Assembly (NCBI GenBank): GCA_002215665.1
Contig: NGFL01000001.1
Span: 2,597 to 57,074 of the forward strand
Source: a candidate division TA06 bacterium JGI_Cruoil_03_38_101
GTDB lineage: Bacteria; Hydrothermota; UBA3072
Direction: 5' to 3'
Length of the DNA: 54,478 nucleotides
The notes beneath the pieces were generated by a model, which made no database searches, was not told where the DNA came from, and saw nothing but the letters and a program-made list of their open reading frames with translations. Below are positions 29,330 to 38,975 of the stretch, one piece after another; position 1 is the stretch's first letter, and each line of letters starts with the position of its first letter. The translations under genes and the position numbers were made by a program.

Positions 29330-30427
29330 TTATAGAGCGATCAATTCCCTTTTTGAATTAGTCAGGGTAACAATATTCCCATTCTGAAGAGCAACTGTAT
29401 CTTCGATTCGAACACCTTGATAGTCGGGCAAGTAAATGCCTGGTTCGATGGTGAAGACCATACCTTCTTTTCCAATTTCATTGCTTTTATATGAGAGAGA
29501 GGGAGATTCATGGATATCTAAACCCACACCATGTCCCAGGGAGTGAGGAAAATAATCTCCAAAACCACTCTTCTTAATATAATCCCTTGCAATTTTGTCA
29601 ACTTTCCTCAACTCTATATCTTCTTTTACTGCTTCTCGTGCGAGTTTTTGCGCATTATATACAGTTTCATAGAGTTTTTTATCCTTATCTGAGGGAGAAC
29701 CCAGGAATACTGTCCTTGTCATATCAGAGTGATAATGATTGTAAATTGTCCCAAAATCGATCGTTATAAATTCTCTATTTTTTAATTTTTTATTAGAAGC
29801 AACCCCATGGGGAATAGAAGAACGGTATCCTGAAGCAACAATAGTATCAAAGCTTGGTTTCTCTCCGCCTGCTTTCCTCATTCTGTATTCTAACTCTGCT
29901 CCAATCTCTATCTCTCGCACTCCCACTTTGATATAATTAAGGATCTCATGAAAGGCTTTATCACCTATTTCGCAAGCTTTTTTAATATTCTCAATTTCTT
30001 TCTCTGATTTTCTAATCCTCAAGTCTTCAATAAAAGAATCAAGCCCCTTGAACTTCAACCAGTCTAATTTCTTACGTAATTTCCAGTAGAGATTATAAGT
30101 TACATACTTGGACTCAAAACCTACTCTGCTTCTTCTCTTTATAAGCCTTTGGGTTGAGAGTTTTTCTATGTAATTTTTTTTTGTAAGACAAACATCTGCA
30201 TCTTTAACCCGCTGGACTATCTCGCCCTGGAATCTATAGTCTGTAATCAGTTCAGCTTTACGTGGAGAAATAAAAAGGATTCCTGAATCCCCGGTAAAAC
30301 CCGTTAGATAAAATATATTTTTTATGGAAGTTACTAAAAAAGAGTCTATATTATTATCTTTAAATCTACTTTGTAATTCTTTTATACGACTTGCCACAAC
30401 TATGTCCCACTTAAACCATCGATCCAT
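29330..30427 (-). CDS. Xaa-Pro aminopeptidase / M24B metallopeptidase
   Basis: HGVGLDIHESP and VFTIEPGIY motifs plus the creatinase-like N-domain. The pepP-efp pairing is also seen in Bacillus. Confidence 0.85.
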   Translation of the reverse strand: MDRWFKWDIVVASRIKELQSRFKDNNIDSFLVTSIKNIFYLTGFTGDSGILFISPRKAELITDYRFQGEIVQRVKDADVCLTKKNYIEKLSTQRLIKRRSRVGFESKYVTYNLYWKLRKKLDWLKFKGLDSFIEDLRIRKSEKEIENIKKACEIGDKAFHEILNYIKVGVREIEIGAELEYRMRKAGGEKPSFDTIVASGYRSSIPHGVASNKKLKNREFITIDFGTIYNHYHSDMTRTVFLGSPSDKDKKLYETVYNAQKLAREAVKEDIELRKVDKIARDYIKKSGFGDYFPHSLGHGVGLDIHESPSLSYKSNEIGKEGMVFTIEPGIYLPDYQGVRIEDTVALQNGNIVTLTNSKRELIAL

Positions 30428-31839
30428 TCACGAAAACTGTCGTCAACTTTTTCTTCTTCCTCCCCTTCTTCTGTGGAAATTTCTCTTTTTTCTTCAAATC
30501 CTTCTTTTTCTATCGGGGCCTTTTTATCAGATTCCAAAAGTATTTCCTCTTCTCCCTTTCCCTGGGTTTCTTCCTCGCCTATTTCTAAGTTCTCTACCTC
30601 CTTAGAGCTTTTAATTTTATCAATCCTGTTCTTTATCTCATCACTTTTATCCCTTTCATATAATTTCTCATATATATTCAGGGCCTTCTCTTTAAATCCT
30701 TGTCTCTCATAAATCTCTCCAAGTCGGAGAGTGCGATCTCTATCCTGGGAGATCTTTTCTTCCTTTGATTCAACTGAAACTTCAACCTCTTCAGAAGGTT
30801 TCTCTTCCTCTATTTCTACTTCTTCTCTTTTCCCTTTTTCGGGAGCTTCTTTTTCTGCTGTTAAACTCTCTTCTTCTCCCTTTTCTTCTAATCCAAAAAT
30901 ACTTTCAATCTCTTTTTCTAAAGGTTTCTCTTTTGTGACTTCTTTACCTATCTCAACTTCCTCTTCTTCTAATCCAAAAATACTTTCAATCTCTTCTTCA
31001 GAAGGTTTCTCCTCTGTGACTTCTTCGCCTATCTCAACTTCCTCTTCTTCAACTTCTTCCTCTTTTTCTAAATCAAAGAATCCCTCTATTTCCTTTTCTT
31101 CAATACCTGCCTCTGGAGTAGGAATTTCTTCTTCCTCTTCTAATCCCTTTTCTTCAATACCTTCCTCTGGAGGAGGAGTTTCTTCTTCCTCTTTTAATCC
31201 CTTTTCTTCAATACCTTCCTCTGGAGTAGGAATTTCTTCTTCCTCTTCTAATCCCTTTTCTTCAATACCTGCCTCTGGAGTAGGAATTTCTTCTTCCTCT
31301 TTTAATTCTTTGCCGAAAATATCTGAAAGCTCTAATTTCTCTTCCTCAATTTCCTCTTCTGGCTCTTTTTTAAACTCTTTTTTCTCTTCAAAGAAAGCCG
31401 ATAGACCTTCTTCTTCAAACCCTCCCTTTTCTACTTCTCTTGCTTTTTCTTCAATCTGCCTCAATGATCTTTTTGCTTCTCTGTCAAGCGGATCAAGTTC
31501 AAGCAAGTGATTCAATATCCTTTTAGCATTTTCTATATCTTCTTGTTCCATATAGAGTTCGCTTAGTTCCTTTAAAGCGAGGATACTCTGTTGGTCGAGT
31601 TTGGTTGCCGCTTCTAACTTTTCTATCGCCTTTTCTCGTCCTCCTTTTTCTTTATAGCAACGTCCAAGAACCAAAAATCCAGTAGCATATTCTGGATGTT
31701 TCCGAACCCCTTCCTCTGCTATCTCTATTGCTTTGTCTAACTCGCCTCCTTTTCTTAGAAGATCTGCATATTGAGCAAAGAGAAGAGAATTAGGATCTCT
31801 TTCTAAACGTTCTTTTATTCTTTTTAAATCATCACTCAT
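30400..31839 (-). CDS. TPR protein with a long Glu-rich repetitive central region
   Basis: TPR-like N-terminal region (roughly aa 1-130) and C-terminal segment (LGEIYERQGFKEKALNIYEKL). The central part is dominated by E/K/I/G/P repeats. Confidence 0.75.
   Translation of the reverse strand: MSDDLKRIKERLERDPNSLLFAQYADLLRKGGELDKAIEIAEEGVRKHPEYATGFLVLGRCYKEKGGREKAIEKLEAATKLDQQSILALKELSELYMEQEDIENAKRILNHLLELDPLDREAKRSLRQIEEKAREVEKGGFEEEGLSAFFEEKKEFKKEPEEEIEEEKLELSDIFGKELKEEEEIPTPEAGIEEKGLEEEEEIPTPEEGIEEKGLKEEEETPPPEEGIEEKGLEEEEEIPTPEAGIEEKEIEGFFDLEKEEEVEEEEVEIGEEVTEEKPSEEEIESIFGLEEEEVEIGKEVTKEKPLEKEIESIFGLEEKGEEESLTAEKEAPEKGKREEVEIEEEKPSEEVEVSVESKEEKISQDRDRTLRLGEIYERQGFKEKALNIYEKLYERDKSDEIKNRIDKIKSSKEVENLEIGEEETQGKGEEEILLESDKKAPIEKEGFEEKREISTEEGEEEEKVDDSFREWIDGLSGT
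30883..31044 (-). repeat. in-frame tandem repeat, 2 x 81 nt (27 aa: ...EVEIG-E/K-EVT-E/K-EKP-x-E-x-EIESIFGLEE)
   Basis: TTCTTCTAATCCAAAAATACTTTCAATCTC... recurs at 30883 and 30964 with few mismatches. Confidence 0.85.
31093..31308 (-). repeat. in-frame tandem repeat, 4 x 54 nt (18 aa: EEEEIPTPE-A/E-GIEEKGL-K/E)
   Basis: Units are 31093-31146, 31147-31200, 31201-31254 and 31255-31308. Units 1, 3 and 4 differ from each other at only 1-3 positions. Unit 2 is more diverged and encodes TPPPEE. Confidence 0.92.
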
Positions 31840-31858
31840 TACTATTCTCCTTTTTTAT

Positions 31859-31886
31859 ATTATAAGAAAAATATCTCCTTTGTCAA
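31859..31886 (-). promoter_or_regulatory. consensus sigma70 promoter TTGACA-N16-TATAAT for the TPR/pepP/efp operon
   Basis: Reverse complement of 31881-31886 is TTGACA and of 31859-31864 is TATAAT. SD AAGGAG precedes ATG 31839. Confidence 0.65.
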
Positions 31887-31898
31887 TAGGAAAACATA

Positions 31899-32372
31899 CT
31901 AGTTTTCTTTTTGCCCTCTTGTTAAATTGTCAAATTGGATAACCTCCACGCCTGCTTCTTTCAATATATCTTTTGCAAAGGTATCCGGATAGCCCTCTTT
32001 ATATATAATCTTCTTGACCCCTGCGTTTATCAACATCTTAGCGCAGGTAAAACAGGGATGAGTAGTGACATAGAGTGTAGAATCCTGGATTGAAATACCC
32101 ATTTTAGCAGCCTGTATTATTGCATTTTGCTCCGCATGAATTGCCCTTGACAGTTCCATTCGTTCGCCTGAAGGGATTTTGAGTTCGTCACGAATGCAAC
32201 CGCCTCTTTCTTCACAATGGCGGATCCCACTTGGGGGTCCATTGTAGCCAGTTGTAAGGATGCGCTTGTTTCTAACAAGAATTGCTCCAACCTTTCTTCT
32301 AAGGCATGTAGCTCTTGTAGCAACCAATTCAGTAATTTTCATGAAATATTCATCCCATGAGGGTCTACCCAT
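31899..32372 (-). CDS. deoxycytidylate (dCMP) deaminase
   Basis: HAEQNAI and [19 protein letters not shown] zinc-binding motifs. Confidence 0.88.
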   Translation of the reverse strand: MGRPSWDEYFMKITELVATRATCLRRKVGAILVRNKRILTTGYNGPPSGIRHCEERGGCIRDELKIPSGERMELSRAIHAEQNAIIQAAKMGISIQDSTLYVTTHPCFTCAKMLINAGVKKIIYKEGYPDTFAKDILKEAGVEVIQFDNLTRGQKEN

Positions 32373-32419
32373 AAAACTTTACCTCCTTTCGGAGTTTTTT
32401 AAAAGTATTTAAACAAGCC

Positions 32420-32902
32420 TCATAGTTTGCCTGCAGGTGGATTTGAGATATCCGCATAAACATCTTTCCCGACAAGGCGATCATAATCCTCCATTCTGAT
32501 CTTTACGGTTTCGGTATGGGTTCCCGAATTAAAAACAATTTCTTCTTCCCCTTTGAAAGACTTATCTACATAAAAAGTAAGATTGTAGAGATTGCCAAAG
32601 GGCGGTGTCGCTCCCGGATCACAATCAGGAAATAAGCTTTCAAATTCCTTCTCGGGAGCCAATTCAACTTTTTTGTATCCGAGTGCTTTCATCTTTTTTA
32701 TTGAAACTTCATGGGGTGCTGGAATTACAGCCATTACCATCTCGTTGTCACACTTTAAGATCACGACTTTAGCAAACTTGTATCCTGTTATATGTTCAGA
32801 AGCTGCAACTTGCTGGGCAGTAAATATTTCTCTATGCTTTTCTATATCATACTTAATCCCGTTTTTCTTTAAAAAATCCTTTAATCTTTTTGCAATTGCC
32901 AT
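32420..32902 (-). CDS. YbaK/ProX-like aminoacyl-tRNA editing domain protein
   Basis: 160 aa; the AKVVILK...MAVIPA...GATPPFGNLY pattern is typical of YbaK/prolyl-tRNA synthetase-associated domains. Confidence 0.65.
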   Translation of the reverse strand: MAIAKRLKDFLKKNGIKYDIEKHREIFTAQQVAASEHITGYKFAKVVILKCDNEMVMAVIPAPHEVSIKKMKALGYKKVELAPEKEFESLFPDCDPGATPPFGNLYNLTFYVDKSFKGEEEIVFNSGTHTETVKIRMEDYDRLVGKDVYADISNPPAGKL

Positions 32903-32973
32903 AATCCCTCCTTTTGTTTTCCTCTTTTATAACAAATCTTTGAATTAAAAAAAATATACTCAAAAAAGGAAAA

Positions 32974-33759
32974 TTAATCAACCCTTTTTGCCCTTTTGAT
33001 AATTTTTAGCATCTCTGAGTGAATTTTTCCATTGGAAGCAATTATGTGATCTTTCCTGTAATTCCATTCAAGCTTATAGAAATTTGAAACTCTTCCACCT
33101 GCTTCTCTTACTAGGAGCCCCCCTGCTGAGATATCCCAGGGTTTGAGTTTCTTTTCCCAGAAGCCATCGAGCCTTCCGCAGGCGACATAGGCAAGATCAA
33201 GGGCAGCAGAACCAAAGCGTCTTATTCCTCTTGCTTCCATCAAGAACTTGGAGAATTCCGAAATTTTCGAATATTCCCTTAATCTTCTGATATATGGAAA
33301 ACCAGTAGCGAGAATCGAATCTATGAGTTTATCTCTATTAGAGACTGATATTGGATTGCCATTTAATTTTGCTCCCCTCCCCTTTTGGGCAGAAAATAGC
33401 TCTTTATGAATAGGGTCATAAATAACACCAATTTTCAAATTACCTTCAAGCTCATAGGCAAGAGATACGCAAAAAAATGGAATTCCATAAGAGAAATTGT
33501 TGGTACCATCCAGTGGGTCCACAATAAATACCTCATTCCTTTCCCATTCTTTTAAATTGGATTCCTCCGCTACTACACCAGCTTCTGGATATTTTTTTCT
33601 AATAGAGCTTATAATAAATTCTTCAGATTTCCTGTCAGCCGTTGTTACTAATTCCCTTCCTTGTTTTCCTTCAATATCAAATTCTTTTCTGAACAAGGTT
33701 GTGAGAATACTTCCTGCATTAATTGCTATATCTTTTAAAAAATGAAGTTTATCATTCAT
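32974..33759 (-). CDS. inositol monophosphatase family protein (SuhB-like)
   Basis: VAEES...VDPLDGTNNF and WDISAG motifs. Confidence 0.88.
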   Translation of the reverse strand: MNDKLHFLKDIAINAGSILTTLFRKEFDIEGKQGRELVTTADRKSEEFIISSIRKKYPEAGVVAEESNLKEWERNEVFIVDPLDGTNNFSYGIPFFCVSLAYELEGNLKIGVIYDPIHKELFSAQKGRGAKLNGNPISVSNRDKLIDSILATGFPYIRRLREYSKISEFSKFLMEARGIRRFGSAALDLAYVACGRLDGFWEKKLKPWDISAGGLLVREAGGRVSNFYKLEWNYRKDHIIASNGKIHSEMLKIIKRAKRVD

Positions 33760-34706
33760 AAAATCTCTTTGTAAACAATTTTATACACATTTACACCTCC
33801 CCTGTAGTTTGATACCCATAGAAATTTTCCATCAGGGGATATAGTAACGCCTATTGGATGACCATTACTTTCATTGCCTGTTTTTTTGGTATAGATTTGA
33901 ACCATTTCTCCTGAATCAACTACCCCAATTTCGTTGTCTTTATAATTGCAGACAAAGAGATATCTTTCATCAGGGGAGAGGACACAGGTTCTTGCTCTTT
34001 TTCCAACTTTTGCTTTGCCCATCCATCTATCATTTTTTATCTCCAATTTACGGATAACCTCCTCTAAGTTGTTGGTCTGATAGAGATATCGCCCATCTTT
34101 CGTTACTACAAGATGTCTTGGAGTGATTCCAGCAGAAATATTTTTTATTTTCTTATGACCATTCTCTACATCGATCTTTGTAAGAGTTCCTCCACCCATA
34201 TTTGTAATATAGGCAAACTTCCCATGAGGTGTAAATACTATACCTCTGGGTTTTCTAACTACCTTGATTTCCTTTATCACTGCTAACTTTTTTGTATCAA
34301 TTACAGAAACAGTAGCCGATTCCCAATTGCTCACATAAACCCATTTACCATCGGGAGAAGCCTTTACGATTTTTGGTATATCTCCTACTGGAATTTTTAT
34401 TAGAATAGAATCCAGAAAATAATCGTATAGACAGACCTCATCTTTATCATATAAGGAGAACCAGATATATCTTCCGTTTTGGGTAAAATCACATTCAACA
34501 GGCATGCCCCCTGCAGGAATTCTTCTTATGACCTTCATCTTTTCTGAATCAATAATATCTACATGATTTCCATATAGGCAATTCGCCACAACATATTTAC
34601 CATCAGGAGAATAATAGACTGATTTGGGACCGCAGTCAACATAGATTGTCTTTATCAGCTTTAAACTCTGGAACTGGAGTACAGATAGAATAAAAAATAA
34701 AGTCAT
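33756..34706 (-). CDS. secreted YVTN/YncE-like beta-propeller repeat protein
   Basis: Signal-like N-terminus and repeated SPDGK-Y/W-xYVxN blades (SPDGKYVVANC, SPDGKWVYVSN, TKDGRYLYQTN, SPDGKFLWVSN). Confidence 0.65.
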   Translation of the reverse strand: MTLFFILSVLQFQSLKLIKTIYVDCGPKSVYYSPDGKYVVANCLYGNHVDIIDSEKMKVIRRIPAGGMPVECDFTQNGRYIWFSLYDKDEVCLYDYFLDSILIKIPVGDIPKIVKASPDGKWVYVSNWESATVSVIDTKKLAVIKEIKVVRKPRGIVFTPHGKFAYITNMGGGTLTKIDVENGHKKIKNISAGITPRHLVVTKDGRYLYQTNNLEEVIRKLEIKNDRWMGKAKVGKRARTCVLSPDERYLFVCNYKDNEIGVVDSGEMVQIYTKKTGNESNGHPIGVTISPDGKFLWVSNYRGGVNVYKIVYKEIL

Positions 34707-35218
34707 CGAATTGAATTAATAGAAAAGAAAGTAAGAGGAAATTCAGGATTGATTTTATAGTCATAAAATGTGAATTTGCCTTTTCCTCCTTCCTGGTTAA
34801 ACTGAATTTTTTTAAGGAAATAATCATCATTAAATTGCACAGAGAGGGGATAGGTTGAATCAAGTTTCAATGGAGATATGTATACCCATCTATTATTGAT
34901 CGAGTCCACTTTATAGTAATCTTCAGGTGAAAATAACAATTGGGATAAGGATATTGGGGTTCTGGTTCGTTTGATGCGTTTATCTTTCTCTATCCAGATG
35001 AAAACAGAATCTGCGTCGAAGATCATAATTTGTTTTTCGGGTTCTCGGACATCAATCCTTGCTTTACCCTTTTTTATTGAAACAGAACCCATGAATTTGA
35101 ATGTATCATTTTCCACTGTTAAAGTTTCTATAAAGGCGCATTTGAAGGATTTAATTTCGCTAAATCGGTCTGCAACTTGAGTAAGGACGGATGAGGAGAA
35201 AAGGATCAGTAATATCAT
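34703..35218 (-). CDS. LolA-like outer-membrane lipoprotein carrier protein
   Basis: FSEIKSFKCAFIE...GSVSIKKGKARIDVREPEKQIMIFDADSVFIW follows the LolA pattern. Its position directly after ftsK matches E. coli. Confidence 0.6.
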   Translation of the reverse strand: MILLILFSSSVLTQVADRFSEIKSFKCAFIETLTVENDTFKFMGSVSIKKGKARIDVREPEKQIMIFDADSVFIWIEKDKRIKRTRTPISLSQLLFSPEDYYKVDSINNRWVYISPLKLDSTYPLSVQFNDDYFLKKIQFNQEGGKGKFTFYDYKINPEFPLTFFSINSIR

Positions 35219-37536
35219 TCTGGACTCTCCCTCTTGACTAAAACTTCTCTTGGCTTAGAGCCTTTGAATTTTCCTACTATTCCTGCCCTCTCCAATTGAT
35301 CAATTAAACGTCCCGCCCTTGCGTATCCTATTTTAAATTTTCTTTGAAGGAGTGACACAGAAGCGGACTGTCGGTCTATTACAATCCTCTTGGCTTCCTC
35401 AAACAGTTCATCAACCTCTTTTAGTTCTTCAGGACCTTTTTTTATTTCCAGGAACTTTTCTATTTCCTCAGTTGGGGGATAATAATCCAGACCTTCTACG
35501 AATTCAGTGAATTTTTCTTCCTGGATTCCTAATTCTCTGTTTAACAGTTTGCTAAATTCTTCGATCCGTTCCCCGGCTCCTGGAAGCATTCTATCTCCAA
35601 GAACATCAAGGACATCCTCTTCCTTTATATAGGAACATATCAAATCCGGATTCTCAAACTTAACCTTTAATAATTTTCTCAAGTGGATGAGTCCGATCAG
35701 ATAGACCAGTTTCTTTGTTTCTTCAGTGGTAACGAGCGGTCCATGCAGGCGTTTTGGCACTCCTTCATCCGGGGGGGTAAAGAGCATGTCTCCATTTCCT
35801 AAGAGTTGCTCTGCACCTCCTGTGTCCATTATAGTTTTAGAATCATGTCTGGATGCTACTTGAAAGGCAATCCTTGCTGGGAAGTTTGCCTTTATAAGAC
35901 CCGTAATGACATCAACTGAAGGTCGTTGTGTTGCAAGGATAAGATGTATCCCAACCGCCCTGCTCATTTGGGCGAGTCTTATTACAGCATTTTCAACCTC
36001 TCTACCACTCCTCATCATAAGATCAGCAAGTTCATCAATTATTATAAATATATACGGCTTCTTATCCTTTATTTTCCTATTATATCCTTGAATATCCCGA
36101 ACACCAACTCTTGCAAATTCTTCGTATCTCTTTTCCATACATTCGAGGACTTTATTCAAAAATTGTATAGAGGTTGATTGATCGGATATTACACTCCTTA
36201 TAAGATGGGGAATGCCATTGTAGATGGATAGTTCTATCCTCTTTGGATCAATTAGGATGAAACGAAGCTCTGAGGGCTTTGCCTTATAAAGGAGTGAAGT
36301 TATAATTGAGTTAATGAAAACGGATTTACCAGAGCCAGTCGCTCCTGCAATAAGGAGATGGGGCATTGAAGCGATGGAGGAGTAAAGAGGTTTGCCCGTA
36401 ATATCCTTACCAATTGGTATATAAGTGATAGAAGGATTTTCCTTGAATGTTTCATTATCAATAAGCTCCTTTATAAATACCATCTCTCTGTTTCTATTAG
36501 GAACTTCGATACCTACAACTCCTTTCCCGGGTATTGGAGCAATTATTCTTATCTTTTCCGCTCTAAGGGCAAGAGCGAGATCGTTCGAAAGGTTTGATAT
36601 CTTAGATAACTTAATACCCGGGTCAGGCTTAAATTCGAATCGGCTAACTACAGGACCTCTTGTGACGCCTGTAATCCTTCCCGTTATATCAAAATTTTTC
36701 AGTTTATTTTCTATAACTTTCTTATATTTATTTATGGTTCTTTCTGACATCCACTCCATCTCAACAGGGTCATTTAAAGTCTCAAGGAATTTTGTCTGAA
36801 ATTCACTATCACTCATTAAATAGGAGGGCTGTGACTTAACTTTCGAAGTTTTTTTTGACAGTGCATTTCTTTGCAGTCTTTGTTTTTCCCTCCATTCTAT
36901 CTTCTGGACTTTTTTATCTACTTCAACTGAGAACTTATCTTCTATCCTTTTTGTCGCTGTTGGTTTCATCTTCCTGAGTTTATTAAGGAAAGCTCCAAAG
37001 TTGAATTTAAAAACAGGATAGAGGTATATATAAAGGATAATAAGAAAGAGGAACGAAATAAGGGCAATACTTCCGTTTAAACTCATTTTTTTCACGAGGA
37101 AATTTCCTACAGCAATTCCCATTTGTCCTTTTTTCGCTTCAGAAATTGTGGGGTGGATTGATTGAATAAGTAAAACAAAGAAGAATATCCATACAAAGAA
37201 ACCACCAAAGCGATAAAATATTTGCTTAATCCTGTTTGTAAAGAGGGCGATAGCCCCGATAATCAGTATGAAAGGAAGTAAGTAGAATGAAATGCCAAAG
37301 GTATTATGAATGCTCTTCGCTATGCAGGATCCAACAATACCACCAAAATTTTTCAAGGGATCCCCTCCAGGTGAATAGCTTAGAATAGATGAATAGATAA
37401 TAAAAAAGAGAAAGAGAAGAATTATTCCATTCATTCTTCTTTTCCTCCTGTTGTCCATATCTTTAACTGTCAGTATAAGGGATCCAATAAGAAATCCCAC
37501 AAGAACTGCAATTATAACACTATTAAGTATTATCAT
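35215..37536 (-). CDS. ftsK: DNA translocase FtsK/SpoIIIE
   Basis: N-terminal TM helices, HLLIAGATGSGKS Walker A, IIIDELADLM Walker B and a C-terminal gamma winged helix (LLQRKFKIGYARAGRLIDQLE). Confidence 0.92.
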   Translation of the reverse strand: MIILNSVIIAVLVGFLIGSLILTVKDMDNRRKRRMNGIILLFLFFIIYSSILSYSPGGDPLKNFGGIVGSCIAKSIHNTFGISFYLLPFILIIGAIALFTNRIKQIFYRFGGFFVWIFFFVLLIQSIHPTISEAKKGQMGIAVGNFLVKKMSLNGSIALISFLFLIILYIYLYPVFKFNFGAFLNKLRKMKPTATKRIEDKFSVEVDKKVQKIEWREKQRLQRNALSKKTSKVKSQPSYLMSDSEFQTKFLETLNDPVEMEWMSERTINKYKKVIENKLKNFDITGRITGVTRGPVVSRFEFKPDPGIKLSKISNLSNDLALALRAEKIRIIAPIPGKGVVGIEVPNRNREMVFIKELIDNETFKENPSITYIPIGKDITGKPLYSSIASMPHLLIAGATGSGKSVFINSIITSLLYKAKPSELRFILIDPKRIELSIYNGIPHLIRSVISDQSTSIQFLNKVLECMEKRYEEFARVGVRDIQGYNRKIKDKKPYIFIIIDELADLMMRSGREVENAVIRLAQMSRAVGIHLILATQRPSVDVITGLIKANFPARIAFQVASRHDSKTIMDTGGAEQLLGNGDMLFTPPDEGVPKRLHGPLVTTEETKKLVYLIGLIHLRKLLKVKFENPDLICSYIKEEDVLDVLGDRMLPGAGERIEEFSKLLNRELGIQEEKFTEFVEGLDYYPPTEEIEKFLEIKKGPEELKEVDELFEEAKRIVIDRQSASVSLLQRKFKIGYARAGRLIDQLERAGIVGKFKGSKPREVLVKRESPE

Positions 37537-37542
37537 ACTTGA

Positions 37543-37570
37543 ATAATATACCTGAATGTATGTATGTCAA
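37543..37570 (-). promoter_or_regulatory. candidate promoter TTGACA-N16-TATTAT ending 6 nt before the ftsK ATG
   Basis: Reverse complement of 37565-37570 is TTGACA and of 37543-37548 is TATTAT. Only TCAAGT separates it from ATG 37536, and there is no SD. Confidence 0.4.
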
Positions 37571-37605
37571 GAGCTTTTGGGTGTAACTATGAAAAAGTCA
37601 AAAAA

Positions 37606-38970
37606 TTAAGATTTCGGAATACCAAGAATTCTTATATCGTTGACATTAGTCCCGGTTTCTCCAGTTAGAATTCCTCCTCTTATCTTCTGAAAAAATTTGG
37701 TGGTTGTGTGGTACTCAAGAGCTTCAAGAATCTTCTTTTTATCGATTGATTTTTCTCTTCCTCCGATAATTCCCCCTGCGAACTCGGAGTTGCCATCAAT
37801 CCCATCAGAGTCTATTGATAAGAAGACAGCTTTACTAAAGAAAGGAATATCTTCTGCAAATCCTAAGACACATTCTTGGTTGGGGCCCCCTTTCTTATTA
37901 CCAAACTCATCAAGAGTTACTGTTGTCTCTCCTCCTGATAGAATAATTGCAGGGGAAGATATAGGATTGCTTGAAGATTGCACCTCTCTTGCAATCCTGC
38001 TGTGGAGAGATCCAACTTCCTTTGATTCTCCCTCAATTACAGATGAAAGTATAAGTACATTATGACCCATCTTTTTCGCTTTTTCTTGAGCCACTTTTAA
38101 TGCAGATAAATTGTCCAGGATGATCCTGTTGTAAGTTTTCGAAAATACTGGGTCTCCAGATGAAGGGGTTTCTGGAATTTTGCCGTTTATTCCTTTTTTA
38201 ATTATATTTAAGACTGAAGAGGGAACCTTTTTCTCAATATCATATCTTTTCAGAACGGAAAGCGCTTCTTTAAAGGTTGAATCATCAGGAGCTGTGGGGC
38301 CTGAGGCAATACTGGAAAGGTCATCACCAACCACATCAGAGATGATAAGTGAGATTATCATAGCAGGATTTGCAATTGCCGAAAGCCTTCCACCTTTTAC
38401 CATGGAAATATGTTTTCTTACAGCATTTATTTCATTAATGGTTGCTCCTGATCCAAGGAGCAATTGATTGGTTCTCTGTAGTTCGGAAAGTTTTATCTCT
38501 TCATCAGGTAATGGAAGAAGGGCAGATCCGCCTCCAGATATAAGAGCGATTATTAGGTCATCCTCACTTGCCTTCTCTGCAATGGACAAAATCTCCCTTG
38601 AGGCCTGGATTCCTTCTTCTGTAGGTAGAGGATGTCCTGCCTTTATTACCTTAATAGGGCCTATTTTATTTTCCGGTGTATCCTTTACCGCAATTACACC
38701 TTCTTTAATTTTATCTTGCAGAATTTGGGATAGGGCTTTTGCCATTTGATAGGTTGCTTTACCAGCCCCAATCACATAGATATTCTTTATCTTATTAGTG
38801 CATATCTTAAGCTCGCATATTTTAATAAAGCCGTTTTCCATGGAGACTGAGTGTTTTATACTCTTTTCTGGTTTCGTTTCTTTTAAAGTGGATTCAAGGA
38901 TTAAAAGAATATCTTTTCTGATTTTAGATGAATTTCGGATGAGTTCTTCATAGTTCTTAATGAATTCCAT
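37606..38970 (-). CDS. glycerate 2-kinase / hydroxypyruvate reductase-type protein (DUF4147 + MOFRL)
   Basis: GAGKATYQMAKAL, ALISGGGSALL and SGGETTVTL motifs. Confidence 0.8.
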   Translation of the reverse strand: MEFIKNYEELIRNSSKIRKDILLILESTLKETKPEKSIKHSVSMENGFIKICELKICTNKIKNIYVIGAGKATYQMAKALSQILQDKIKEGVIAVKDTPENKIGPIKVIKAGHPLPTEEGIQASREILSIAEKASEDDLIIALISGGGSALLPLPDEEIKLSELQRTNQLLLGSGATINEINAVRKHISMVKGGRLSAIANPAMIISLIISDVVGDDLSSIASGPTAPDDSTFKEALSVLKRYDIEKKVPSSVLNIIKKGINGKIPETPSSGDPVFSKTYNRIILDNLSALKVAQEKAKKMGHNVLILSSVIEGESKEVGSLHSRIAREVQSSSNPISSPAIILSGGETTVTLDEFGNKKGGPNQECVLGFAEDIPFFSKAVFLSIDSDGIDGNSEFAGGIIGGREKSIDKKKILEALEYHTTTKFFQKIRGGILTGETGTNVNDIRILGIPKS

Positions 38971-38975
38971 TGCAA

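Noticed and set aside
31093-31308. Possible CRISPR array or satellite
   Set aside because: The units are contiguous with no spacers. Their lengths are multiples of 3, and they are in frame within a long ORF with a promoter, SD and TPR flanks. This is a coding tandem repeat.
30731-31510. 259-aa Ser-rich ORF on the + strand
   Set aside because: It is the antisense shadow of the Glu-rich repeat gene (GAA/GAG codons read as TTC/CTC). It has no SD and no independent signal, and its low complexity mirrors the real gene exactly.
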